Shown: positions 1 to 9,431, counted from the first letter of the stretch. The stretch: DNA of 64,000 nucleotides from Candidatus Avispirillum sp. (GCA_045631345.1 JAZQUP010000013.1:68770-132769); one strand, 5' to 3'. Made by a program: numbers and translations. The notes: generated from the sequence alone by a model not told the origin.

Positions 1-98
1 GAAAGCTTAACCGAGTTCTTGAGCCCGGCGAATTCCGCCTCTATATCTGTGGCAATGCAGATCAGTGGAACGGCGAAGACTTCGTTGTTGTTGAATAA
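1..98 (+). CDS. 3' end of an unidentified CDS entering from the left edge (..LEPGEFRLYICGNADQWNGEDFVVVE*)
   Basis: The frame is open from base 3 to TAA at 96-98 and is followed by a terminator hairpin. The tail loosely resembles the C-terminal beta-sandwich of GH3-type glycosidases, but 31 aa is too short to call. Confidence 0.4.
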   Translation, partial: KLNRVLEPGEFRLYICGNADQWNGEDFVVVE

Positions 99-112
99 TT
101 GATGTTATATAG

Positions 113-146
113 AAAAGCTCCCGCAGTTAAACTGTGGGAGCTTTTG
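113..146 (+). terminator. rho-independent terminator
   Basis: A 10-bp stem GCTCCCGCAG/CTGTGGGAGC (117-126/132-141) has a 5-nt loop and is followed by TTTT. Confidence 0.75.
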
Positions 147-175
147 TCAGTTACACTAAATCAGTTTGTTTTTAT

Positions 176-306
176 CGACCTTTTTCAGAAAAAGGTCGCG
201 GGTTATCAGGGCAGAGCCCTGAGACGCGCTCCGCAGAGCGCGGAATTCCTATTACTTCAGGGTAATCCAAGAGGCGAAGCTTCTTGGTCGCTCTCCGCAG
301 AGAGCG
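176..306. repeat. cluster of four short GC-rich hairpins (REP-like intergenic elements)
   Basis: The four hairpins are CGACCTTTTT-CAG-AAAAAGGTCG (176-198), CAGGGC-AGA-GCCCTG (207-221), CGCGCTC-CGCA-GAGCGCG (225-242) and CGCTCTC-CGCA-GAGAGCG (289-306). The last two share the CTC-CGCA-GAG core. Confidence 0.5.
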
Positions 307-328
307 AAACATCCTTACTAAAGACTTT

Positions 329-856
329 CTACAATGTTATCCAAAACCTTTTTAGATTCTCACCATCGCTGGGATCGCATACTGTAGATTCGTAAACTCC
401 ACCGTTTGCAATAATTGTCTTTTCGCTACCGATATTGTGCTCCTCGCACGCGATTAAAACTTTATCAAGTCCAATATCTCGGCAAAAAGGAAGTGCCATT
501 TTCAGCATTACTTTGGCATACCCCTTTCGCCTTTCGCTTGGTCTTATAGAATAACCGATATGACCTGCGTATTTTTCAAGATAATCATTAAAATGATGTC
601 TAACCTGAATCATTCCAACAAGTCTATTATCACTTTTGCGAATGAATAAATACTGCGTAGCAGGAACCCAATGAGAAGGAACCTTTTCGGGATCTTCACA
701 ATCTATGCTTGCCCTTATGTACTCTTCGGGATTTTCAATATTTCGAAGAGGTCCGCATCCGTCCATAGAGTCTCCTGCATCAAGAAACTCTTGTCTGTAT
801 TCAGTTATTTGAGTTGCATATTCACTTGTGGGACGTATTAAAATAAATTCTTCCAT
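329..856 (-). CDS. GNAT family N-acetyltransferase
   Basis: The 175-aa ORF carries an acetyl-CoA binding-type motif (IRPSERRKGYAKVML) and has the length and beta-alpha pattern typical of GNAT proteins. Confidence 0.8.
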   Translation of the reverse strand: MEEFILIRPTSEYATQITEYRQEFLDAGDSMDGCGPLRNIENPEEYIRASIDCEDPEKVPSHWVPATQYLFIRKSDNRLVGMIQVRHHFNDYLEKYAGHIGYSIRPSERRKGYAKVMLKMALPFCRDIGLDKVLIACEEHNIGSEKTIIANGGVYESTVCDPSDGENLKRFWITL

Positions 857-1018
857 GTATTTGTATTCCCTATATATGTTTGTATCGAAGGCGGACGACC
901 ACAGGTCGCCCCTACGATGTATGTTTGTATTATAATCGGAACGTCGAGGGCGCCGTCCCCTACCATTTACACCTCATACACCGCATACGATCCCTATTCT
1001 CCCACTGGAGAAGGCTTT

Positions 1019-3163
1019 TTACTTCTGCATTTTGGACATCTGTCTTTGCGCCATAACAAGCTCAAAATAAAGTCCCTTTTTAGCCATAAGCTCTTCATGG
1101 CTACCAACCTCAGCTACTGTACCTTTATCAAGCACAACAAGACGATTTGCATTTCTGAGGGTTGAAAGTCTGTGAGCTATTGCAATAGTTGTTCTACCTG
1201 CTGTCAGCTTACGAAGCGCATCCTGAATATTCTTTTCAGTTTCCGTGTCAAGAGCACTTGTTGCTTCGTCAAGAATAAGCACACGTGGATCGTGAAGCAA
1301 AGCTCTTGCTATTGCAACTCTCTGTCTTTCACCACCTGAAAGTGTGTATCCTTTTTCACCAACAATAGTGTTATATCCATCGGGCAGCTTAATTGCAAAC
1401 TGATGAACTCCCGCAAGCTTTGCGGCAGTTATTATCTCCTCGCTTGACGCGCCGGGTTTGCCATAAGCTATATTTTGATAAAGGCTTCCTGAAAACAGCA
1501 TAGTTTCCTGAAGAACAACACCCATCTGTCGTCTGAGGCATTCTTGAGAAATTTCCTTTATGCTGACACCATCAAAATATATTCCGCCTTCATCTGCATC
1601 ATACAATCGCATTATGAGATTAATAAGCGTTGATTTACCAACACCTGATCTGCCGACAATGCCTATCATTTCCCCTTGCTTAATATCAAGGCTCACATGC
1701 TTTAGCACATTTCGGCTATCCTCATATCCGAATGAAACGTCTTTTATTTCAATATTTCCGGAAAGCTCTATTTCACGTGGCTCGCTTGAATCGCTAACAT
1801 CGGGCTCCTCATCAAGCACATCAAATATCTTAACAACTGAGGTCATACTCATTGCAAGTCGTCTTGGCAAAAACGCAAGGAAACGAAGGGGAGCATATAT
1901 CATTGATGCATATGCTGAAAACTGCTGCATCTGACCAAGAGTCATAGTTCCTTCAATTATTTCCGTTCCTACATAATAGAGGAGAAAAAATTCGCCAACA
2001 CCCATAAGGAAATTAGTTATGGGTGAAACATATGCAAATTTTCTTTCATTTGATGCCTTGGTTGCAAGCTCTTCTCTTATAGCGTTATCATATCGTGCTT
2101 CCTCTGCCTTTTCCGTGCCAAACGCCTTAACAACTCTGATTCCTGAAAAAATATCATGGAGAATTGTTCCTGAGCGAGCAAAAAGTGACCACTGACGATG
2201 GTAGCCTTTACCAAGAAAGTTCCACATTAATCTGTGCCCAACCAAAACCACAGGAGCAGGAAGGAGCACCAGAAGCGCCAGTCGCCAATCGAATGAAAAC
2301 AGAAGAACGCTGATTGCAACTATCGTTACAAGATTTTCAATAAGCATTCCGAAATCATCAGTTATAAACTGCTTCAAATGCTGAGTGTCGTGAGTGATTC
2401 TGTTCATCAGCTCGCCCGAAGTTCTTCTTGTAACTCCGGCAAGCGACATTTCTTCAACCTTATCAAAGATCATCTTGCGAAGCTTTACTATCAGCTTATT
2501 GGCAGTTATTATCTGAACGCAACCACGAAGCATTGAAAGCAGCATAACTGCAACAGATATTCCGAGAAGCGAAAGAACAATTATTATAAACTGTTCAAGC
2601 ACAGGCTTTTCTGCCGCCTTAATATAGTCGTCTACAAGAATTCTGTTAATATATGGAGAAACTAGTCCCATTGCGGCTATTATAAAATACATGGCAATAG
2701 AAATTATTATTCCCCATTTGAACGGAGCTGCTATTTTTAACAATCTTTTTATATATCCTGCCTTTGCGGCGCAACGGGGACAGCTTTTCATCCCTGTTGG
2801 AATAGGACGATGGCATTTGGAACAAACAACAGCTTCAAAGCTGTTCCAGCTATTATCATAAAAACCATCCGCCCTATATTTATTCATTCGCTTTACTGCA
2901 GCTGAAATATTTTTTGCATATATCATATGCGCACGGCAAACTGTTATATACGTGCCGTCTGCCACAGCCTCAATCGCAACACAACCAATGCCTGCGTCAT
3001 ATACAAATTCCTCAACCGAAGAAAGCGAAAGATTTATAATTTCCTTTCCCTTTTCAAAAACTGTCAGCCTTGTTTCATAAAGAACAACCTCACCATCAAC
3101 CTGTTCTTTAGGATTTTTCACCGACAGATTATAAGGAAAAGAAAGAATGATCTTTTCTTCCAT
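1019..3163 (-). CDS. ABC exporter, fused permease/ATPase, with N-terminal zinc-ribbon extension
   Basis: Walker A GRSGVGKST, signature LSGGERQR and Walker B LILDEATS are present with a six-TM core. An N-terminal extension of about 150 aa contains CSKCHRP..CPRC. SD AAGGAG lies upstream. Confidence 0.9.
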   Translation of the reverse strand: MEEKIILSFPYNLSVKNPKEQVDGEVVLYETRLTVFEKGKEIINLSLSSVEEFVYDAGIGCVAIEAVADGTYITVCRAHMIYAKNISAAVKRMNKYRADGFYDNSWNSFEAVVCSKCHRPIPTGMKSCPRCAAKAGYIKRLLKIAAPFKWGIIISIAMYFIIAAMGLVSPYINRILVDDYIKAAEKPVLEQFIIIVLSLLGISVAVMLLSMLRGCVQIITANKLIVKLRKMIFDKVEEMSLAGVTRRTSGELMNRITHDTQHLKQFITDDFGMLIENLVTIVAISVLLFSFDWRLALLVLLPAPVVLVGHRLMWNFLGKGYHRQWSLFARSGTILHDIFSGIRVVKAFGTEKAEEARYDNAIREELATKASNERKFAYVSPITNFLMGVGEFFLLYYVGTEIIEGTMTLGQMQQFSAYASMIYAPLRFLAFLPRRLAMSMTSVVKIFDVLDEEPDVSDSSEPREIELSGNIEIKDVSFGYEDSRNVLKHVSLDIKQGEMIGIVGRSGVGKSTLINLIMRLYDADEGGIYFDGVSIKEISQECLRRQMGVVLQETMLFSGSLYQNIAYGKPGASSEEIITAAKLAGVHQFAIKLPDGYNTIVGEKGYTLSGGERQRVAIARALLHDPRVLILDEATSALDTETEKNIQDALRKLTAGRTTIAIAHRLSTLRNANRLVVLDKGTVAEVGSHEELMAKKGLYFELVMAQRQMSKMQK

Positions 3164-3172
3164 ATTTTCTCC

Positions 3173-3691
3173 TTACAGATAGATGTCAAGCTTCTTTCTG
3201 CTCTTTCTGTCAAGAGCAGAAAGTGATTCTATCTCAAAGCGATTTCCTGAAATATCACCGATAAAGGCTCTGTCCTCGCCAATTCTTGTGATGCTTCTGT
3301 ATGTATCCTGCAAGGAAATTTCCATTTCGCCTATGTCAGTTTCAACCTTCCAATAGGAAAATCCTCTGCGCTCCTTGAGAGTTAATATCTTTTTGATCTT
3401 AGGTATAAAATATTTACGCTCAAGCTCATTTTTGAGAATCTCCTGCTCTTCTGCGCCGAAATCGCTTATACGACGGATGATTCCTATTTCCTCATTATCC
3501 TTTGTTTGAACAGAAATAAATTCTTCTGACAGATCAAAGGGGAAAACTCTATGAAGCCAAACACGATCATATTCTTTTCCATCTGCAAGCTTGGCACCGG
3601 GAAACTCTCCGTTTTTTGTAAAACAAATATCAGCCGTGGCAAGATAGCTGAGGCCTGCAGCTTCATCAAGCGTTATTCTTTTTTCTTCCAT
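3173..3691 (-). CDS. DUF1854 domain protein
   Basis: The 172-aa protein sits between two ABC exporter genes, the characteristic context for DUF1854. The sequence pattern (RVFPFS-like LHRVFPFD, ...FIPKI..I) matches my memory of the family. Confidence 0.7.
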   Translation of the reverse strand: MEEKRITLDEAAGLSYLATADICFTKNGEFPGAKLADGKEYDRVWLHRVFPFDLSEEFISVQTKDNEEIGIIRRISDFGAEEQEILKNELERKYFIPKIKKILTLKERRGFSYWKVETDIGEMEISLQDTYRSITRIGEDRAFIGDISGNRFEIESLSALDRKSRKKLDIYL

Positions 3692-3694
3692 ATG

Positions 3695-5962
3695 TCATTC
3701 CTCAATTCCTGCATTTTTCAGCGCCTCATATTGAAGCATATAAAGCTTATAGTATATTCCTTTTTCACGAATAAGCTTATGATGTGTTCCCTCTTCAGCT
3801 ATTTTTCCGTTTTCAATAACCATCAGTTTATCTGCCCCTCTGAGTGTTGAAAGACGATGGGCAATCATAATAGTGGTTCTTCCCTTGGAAAGCTTTTCAA
3901 GCGCCTCCTGTATTCCACGCTCAGTTCTTGTATCCATTGCAGATGTTGCTTCGTCAAGAATAAGCACAGAGGGATCACGCAAAAGCGCTCTTGCAATGGA
4001 AACTCTCTGCTTCTCACCGCCAGAAAGATCCTTATATCCCCAACCGATCTTTGTGGAATATCCATCGGGCAATTTGCAAATAAAATCATGCGCACCTGAA
4101 ACCCTTGCGGCACGTATTACCTCATCTCTTGTTGCATCAGGATTGGCATAAGCAATATTATCGTAAATGGTTCCGTGGAAAAGATATGTTTCCTGAGAAA
4201 CTATGGCAATGTTCTGTCTGAGTGTTTCAAACGAAAGCTCTCTCACGTTATATCCGTCTATTATAATATCACCGCTGTTAGTGTCGTAAAGACGAATTAA
4301 CAAATTGGCTATAGTTGATTTTCCCGCACCTGTGCGACCAACTATACCAACAGTTTCACCTGCTTTGATTTCAAAAGAAACATCATCAATTATCTTGCGA
4401 TTTTTGTCGTAGCCAAACAAAACATTTTTAAAGCTTATATCGCCTCTCAGCTTTTCAAGCTTAACGGCATCTTCCTTTTCCTTCACCTCAGGTTCTGCAT
4501 CCATGATCTCCATCAGACGCTGCATTGCATTTGATGCATTTGCAATCTGGCCTATCATATTTACAAATGATGTGAGCGGACTATAGAGCATAGAAGCATA
4601 AGCGGTGAATGTTATGAGAATACCATATGTTATCTCTCCCTCTATAACCATCCAACCGCCAACACCCATAATAAGAGTGGATGCAATGGTGAACAAAAAG
4701 GCAACTATTCTGAAGAGGGTTGTATAATTGAGAGAAACTGTCTGGTCTGATTTGGAGGCCGCAATATTTCTCACCTCAAAGCGACGCTTTTCCTCGTCCT
4801 CTCTTGCAAATGCCTTTACAACTCTGACACCATTAAGAGCATCTGTCAGCATACCGCTAAGGCTTCTGTTGTTTGAATAGTTTTTTGAATGAAGCTTATT
4901 CATTCTGTCCATAAGCAGCTTTGTGAAAACAAGAACAAAGGGAGCCATCATTATTGCTATGACAGACAGCTTCCAGTTTATTGCAAACATAAGTATTGCA
5001 ACTGTTATGGTCTGCACAAGATTTATAAGCATATATGGGAACATATCAACAAAGAACCAATAAAGCGTATTGGCATCACCATTGACCTGATTCATAAGCG
5101 CTCCGGTTTGCCTGTTTGTGAAAAAGCTAAGTGATAAGCGCTCAATTGACGTAAATATGACCTTTTCAAGATCGTATATTATCTTTGGAACAACAGTAGC
5201 TGTTGTTACCTCATTTACCATATTTACCAGCAAAGAAAGTATTCTTGTTGTTACAAGAATGAAAATAACCTTCAGCACCTGACCATAGAATTTTCCTCCT
5301 ACTGTGAGGACACTATCAAAGAAAAATCCTGAGCTGATATAGGGCGCAAGGATAGAAAGTGCGCTTGAAAGCACCATTGCTAACAGAATAGCAAAAACAC
5401 TCTTTTTATACTTTCCGATGAAAAACCATATGCGCTTAACAACACCTGCCCTGTCTATGCACTTGGGGCAAACCTTTCTCGCCTGGTCAGGATAGGGCTT
5501 CCCGCATTTTGGACAACACTCCGGCTTTTCTTTTTTGCTTTTTTCTGTTGATTCTTTACAGCCAATTGCTATATTTATATTCTCACAAAGCTCTTTTGCA
5601 TCCTCGGCCGCAGTATTTGAAAGTCGGCACACAAAAGAAACTCCAAAGCTATTAACCGCAGTTATATTACAGCCTGATATTTGCTGCTCAACCTGAAAAT
5701 CTCTCCAGCCTGATATATCAAGCTCCTTGGCCTTCAGTTCTTTATACTGCGGTTCAATTTCTTTTTTCTTCTTCTCTTTTTTTACAGCTGTATTGATTCC
5801 ATATATAAAAATCAGCTTATTTTCCGCATAAACTGCATAGCAATCACAAACAAAATTGTCGGGAGCACGGTCAAGCAAAGCAACTGCTTTTATACTCTCT
5901 TTATTAACTCCGTTTTTTGCTACCTTATCAATGACTGCCTGAGGCACCTTATTCAGTTCCAT
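3695..5962 (-). CDS. ABC exporter, fused permease/ATPase, with N-terminal zinc-ribbon extension
   Basis: Walker A GRTGAGKST, signature LSGGEKQR and Walker B LILDEATS are present. An N-terminal extension of about 170 aa ends in CCPKCGKP..CPKC, just before TM1. Confidence 0.9.
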   Translation of the reverse strand: MELNKVPQAVIDKVAKNGVNKESIKAVALLDRAPDNFVCDCYAVYAENKLIFIYGINTAVKKEKKKKEIEPQYKELKAKELDISGWRDFQVEQQISGCNITAVNSFGVSFVCRLSNTAAEDAKELCENINIAIGCKESTEKSKKEKPECCPKCGKPYPDQARKVCPKCIDRAGVVKRIWFFIGKYKKSVFAILLAMVLSSALSILAPYISSGFFFDSVLTVGGKFYGQVLKVIFILVTTRILSLLVNMVNEVTTATVVPKIIYDLEKVIFTSIERLSLSFFTNRQTGALMNQVNGDANTLYWFFVDMFPYMLINLVQTITVAILMFAINWKLSVIAIMMAPFVLVFTKLLMDRMNKLHSKNYSNNRSLSGMLTDALNGVRVVKAFAREDEEKRRFEVRNIAASKSDQTVSLNYTTLFRIVAFLFTIASTLIMGVGGWMVIEGEITYGILITFTAYASMLYSPLTSFVNMIGQIANASNAMQRLMEIMDAEPEVKEKEDAVKLEKLRGDISFKNVLFGYDKNRKIIDDVSFEIKAGETVGIVGRTGAGKSTIANLLIRLYDTNSGDIIIDGYNVRELSFETLRQNIAIVSQETYLFHGTIYDNIAYANPDATRDEVIRAARVSGAHDFICKLPDGYSTKIGWGYKDLSGGEKQRVSIARALLRDPSVLILDEATSAMDTRTERGIQEALEKLSKGRTTIMIAHRLSTLRGADKLMVIENGKIAEEGTHHKLIREKGIYYKLYMLQYEALKNAGIEE

Positions 5963-6142
5963 ACATTCACCTCAATTCATTTATAACAGTATAGCATAAA
6001 ATTCTTGTTATTACAACAAAAAACATTTTATCTAACATCAACTATCTGTTGAATAAAATCTTCCTAATGCGTGGGGAGATTTCTTTTTTTATATAAGATA
6101 AACTAATTACGACCTGTATCTTACAAAATCAAGGAGGTAAAA

Positions 6143-7531
6143 ATGACACAACCTGAAATCAGAATATCACTTGATATTCACGAAATGGAATCTCAGGCAA
6201 CAATTGAATTAAAGCATTTTGACTCAACCAAAACACTGAAAATTTCACTGACGGATAACGGCTTGCCCTATGAAATTTCAGAAGAATGCAGAGCAATATT
6301 TGTTGCCCGCAAGGCTGACGACACCTATATCATCAACGAATGCGCCATTGAAGACAATCTGATCTGCTACCCTGTGACCTCTCAAACAACATCTATGACA
6401 GGAATGGTTTCCTGCGAAATCAGGCTGACAGGAGGAGCAGACAATATGCTTCTGACTTCGCCTAAATTTTCAATTTTTGTAGTTCCTACAGTCTATGAAA
6501 ACGGTGGAGCTGCTTCTGCTTCTAAAAATGAATTTGATGCGCTTTCAAAGCTTATAACAGATTCAAAAATTATGATTGGTGAAATCAAGGTTTCTCTTGA
6601 AACCGGCGCCTTCAACGGAGAAAAAGGCGATAAGGGCGACAAAGGAGATATTGGTGACACCGGTATTTCTCCCACAATTGACGTGACACCAATTGATAAC
6701 GGAAATCGTGTTTCTATAACGGATATTAACGGAACTAAGAATTTTAATGTTCTTCACGGAAATGGAATTAATGAATACGAGCTTAATTTCTATACTGAAG
6801 AACCAACAGAGTCACAGGCTCTGATCGAAAAGGCTGTTATACTTTCTGTTATAAATGAAGTTTCTGACTATATTGTTTACGTAAACTTCGACGATGGAAA
6901 ACATCCTGCTTCAATTTACAGATATGGCGGAAATATTTATTTCTATTTTCTTTCACCAAATGAAAATCAGTGGCACGAGATCAGTTATTTCAGCAATACC
7001 GAAACACTGCATTATGCAAAAACAGAAGCACCGTCAGTTGTATGGCTCACTCATATGGAGCAAACGACCACATCAAGCACAGACGGAGGAGAAAACACAT
7101 TTTCCTTTACTATGAGTGATGGAACAAGCGCAGATTTTACCATAAAAAACGGCAGCAAAGGATCTGACGGAGCAAATGGTTTATCCGCATATGAAATAGC
7201 AAAGAATCATGGCTTTGAGGGAAGTGAGGCTGAATGGCTTGAATCCCTTAAAGGTAAAGATGGTGAAAACGGAACAGGTGGCAGTGGTAGTGCTGATGCG
7301 GTTACATACACAGCTCAGACTTTGACCGCAGAACAGCAGGCTCAGGCAAGAGCTAATATTGATGCTGTTTCAAATGCAGAAGCAACAACTGCAGTTCAGA
7401 CATTGACAGCTCAGTTTCTTCCCCGAATACTGCCTGCTGTTACAACAGCCGATAACGACAAGTTTCTTCAGGCCGTTGATGGCAAAGCAACTTGGGTTAC
7501 AATCGCTCTTGCAGAGGATGGTGGTTTTTAA
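6143..7531 (+). CDS. phage baseplate upper protein (BppU-like N-domain) / tail fibre with collagen-like segment
   Basis: The N-terminal 120 aa follow a BppU_N-like beta-sandwich pattern. A Gly-X-Y run GEKGDKGDKGDIGDTG is present, and the C-terminal YTAQTLTAEQQAQARANIDA motif is common in Firmicute phage fibres. SD AAGGAGG. Confidence 0.7.
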   Translation: MTQPEIRISLDIHEMESQATIELKHFDSTKTLKISLTDNGLPYEISEECRAIFVARKADDTYIINECAIEDNLICYPVTSQTTSMTGMVSCEIRLTGGADNMLLTSPKFSIFVVPTVYENGGAASASKNEFDALSKLITDSKIMIGEIKVSLETGAFNGEKGDKGDKGDIGDTGISPTIDVTPIDNGNRVSITDINGTKNFNVLHGNGINEYELNFYTEEPTESQALIEKAVILSVINEVSDYIVYVNFDDGKHPASIYRYGGNIYFYFLSPNENQWHEISYFSNTETLHYAKTEAPSVVWLTHMEQTTTSSTDGGENTFSFTMSDGTSADFTIKNGSKGSDGANGLSAYEIAKNHGFEGSEAEWLESLKGKDGENGTGGSGSADAVTYTAQTLTAEQQAQARANIDAVSNAEATTAVQTLTAQFLPRILPAVTTADNDKFLQAVDGKATWVTIALAEDGGF

Positions 7532-9153
7532 TGGCATTATATTTCATTAAGGACACTACTCTTTCAAGTATAGCTAATGCGATTCGCTCTAAAACTGGTG
7601 ACACAGCTTCTATTCCTGTTGCTGATTTTGCTTCTGAGATTGAAAGCATTGTGGCAGGCGAAGGCGGTGGAAGTGGTGAGGGTGGTACATATTACACATA
7701 TGAAGTTATCTCCACTTCGGGAGAATTTGAAACAGGTCGTGAACAAAAGACAAAAAATGTTGAACACAATTGTGGCGGTAAACCCGATGTAGTAATAGTG
7801 TATTTGAAAAGAAATGATCTCACTATGACAGCGGATTATACCACTTGGGTTTATTCAACAAATAAAGTCAAAGTAGGTAACCTTACAATTACAGGCGGAG
7901 CTGCTTTTCAATCTGTTGAGCTAAGTTGTACGAATACAACGTTTAATGTTCGGAATCTGGCAGAAAATTCAAAGTATGGTTGGCACGCTATGCGTTTGGT
8001 TGACAAAGAAATTTCTGTTAGCGGTGGTGGAGACCATACCATTACATTTATGAATGAAGATGGCACAGAGGTGCTTTGCGAAAAGCCTGTTGTTAATGGT
8101 GACACATCAGGTGATCCTATTTCACTTGGACTAATTGAAAAGCCTACAAAGGAAAGCACAGCTCAGTATAACTATGGCTTTGGTGGTTGGTCAGCTACTC
8201 CCGGTGGCGAGCTTGATCCTAATATTCTTGCCAATATCACAAGCGATAAAACTGTTTATATTTCATTCATTGGAGTTGTGAGGATGTACACTATCAAATA
8301 CTATGATGGTGATTCACTATTGCATAGCGAAGTTATTCCTTATGGTACAACTCCTTCGTATACACCTTCAAAAGCAGGATATATGTTTACAGGTTGGGAT
8401 AAGCAAATTGTGCCTGTAACAGGTGATGAAACCTACTACGCTCAATGGGTAAAGGATGCTATGGCGGTGGGTACTTGTGGTGATAATCTCACTTGGGATA
8501 TTAGCAACTCAGGTGTGCTTACTATATCAGGAACAGGTGATATGTATGATTATGATAGTAGCACAATGCCGTGGTATGACTACAACGCTGATATAACCTC
8601 TGTTGTGATTGAAAATGGTGTTACAAGCATTGGTTTTTATGCTTTTTATGGTTGCAAGATGTCAAGTATCAGTATTCCCGAGGGTTGTATTCTTCACACC
8701 GAGCAGAACACTATCTATACAACAGGCGTTATAAATTATAAAGGGCATCAGTTTGCGAAATGCTCAAATCTTACAAGTTTGGTGCTTCCCGAAGGAAATA
8801 CAATTATACCGATGTCAATGTGTAATGAGTGTTATAAGTTGGAAAGTGTGGTTATCCCATCAACTATGATTCATATTAGTGAATCGGCATTCTATAGCAC
8901 CAAGTTAAGTTCTGTTACAATACCTTCGAATGTTAATTATATCGGTGGTAGCGCATTCCGCTTAGTGTCAACGCTCACATCTGCTGTTTTTGAAGATACT
9001 ACCACTTGGACTGTGTATAAAACTACTTATAGCGGCACAACTTCTTACTTACAAACAGCCGCTAACCCTACTTCTTCCGAAATGGCAAATACTTCAACTG
9101 TTGCAACCTATTTGAACGATACATATGCTTGGAATGTTTGGAAAAAGACTTAA
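7531..9153 (+). CDS. phage tail fibre / receptor-binding protein with Listeria-Bacteroides-type repeats and BspA-type leucine-rich repeats
   Basis: The start is coupled to the upstream stop (TAATG at 7529-7533); the ORF-track TTG at 7492 is rejected. Repeats include YTIKYYDGD..GYMFTGWDK, and the C-terminal half carries LRR_5-like units (IPEG.., LPEGNT.I, IPST.., IPSNV..IG..AF). Confidence 0.7.
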   Translation: MALYFIKDTTLSSIANAIRSKTGDTASIPVADFASEIESIVAGEGGGSGEGGTYYTYEVISTSGEFETGREQKTKNVEHNCGGKPDVVIVYLKRNDLTMTADYTTWVYSTNKVKVGNLTITGGAAFQSVELSCTNTTFNVRNLAENSKYGWHAMRLVDKEISVSGGGDHTITFMNEDGTEVLCEKPVVNGDTSGDPISLGLIEKPTKESTAQYNYGFGGWSATPGGELDPNILANITSDKTVYISFIGVVRMYTIKYYDGDSLLHSEVIPYGTTPSYTPSKAGYMFTGWDKQIVPVTGDETYYAQWVKDAMAVGTCGDNLTWDISNSGVLTISGTGDMYDYDSSTMPWYDYNADITSVVIENGVTSIGFYAFYGCKMSSISIPEGCILHTEQNTIYTTGVINYKGHQFAKCSNLTSLVLPEGNTIIPMSMCNECYKLESVVIPSTMIHISESAFYSTKLSSVTIPSNVNYIGGSAFRLVSTLTSAVFEDTTTWTVYKTTYSGTTSYLQTAANPTSSEMANTSTVATYLNDTYAWNVWKKT

Positions 9154-9174
9154 TAACAGGAGGCTAGTTATGAA

Positions 9175-9429
9175 ATGACATGGGAAATTGTTATTGGAAT
9201 AATAGCCTTGGTAGGATTTATCGGCAGTATAGGAATATGGGTGAGCAAACTTTCCTCAACGCTTGCCACCTTATCCACAACAATCGAGCTGCTTGTGAAT
9301 ACTGTTAAGGAGCTTAAATCAAACAGCCACGAAACACATGCCAAGCTGTTTGAAAAAATCGGAGAGCATAGCGTTATGCTCTCCGATCACGAAACACGAA
9401 TCAAAATTCTTGAAAACAAGGAGGAATAA
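9175..9429 (+). CDS. lysis-cassette membrane protein (N-terminal TM plus coiled coil; XhlA-like role possible)
   Basis: The 84-aa protein has a single N-terminal TM helix followed by a charged helical region. It lies directly before the holin and endolysin. SD AGGAGG. Confidence 0.5.
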   Translation: MTWEIVIGIIALVGFIGSIGIWVSKLSSTLATLSTTIELLVNTVKELKSNSHETHAKLFEKIGEHSVMLSDHETRIKILENKEE

Positions 9430-9431
9430 TT

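Noticed and set aside
99-395. A 98-aa ORF across the left intergenic region.
   Set aside because: It is translated straight through a terminator and four REP-like hairpins, overlaps the 3' end of the GNAT gene, and has no SD.
6617-6664. A GGC/GAT/AAG-rich repeat that might be a tandem DNA repeat or VNTR.
   Set aside because: It is in frame and encodes five collagen-like Gly-X-Y triplets. The nucleotide units are not identical copies.
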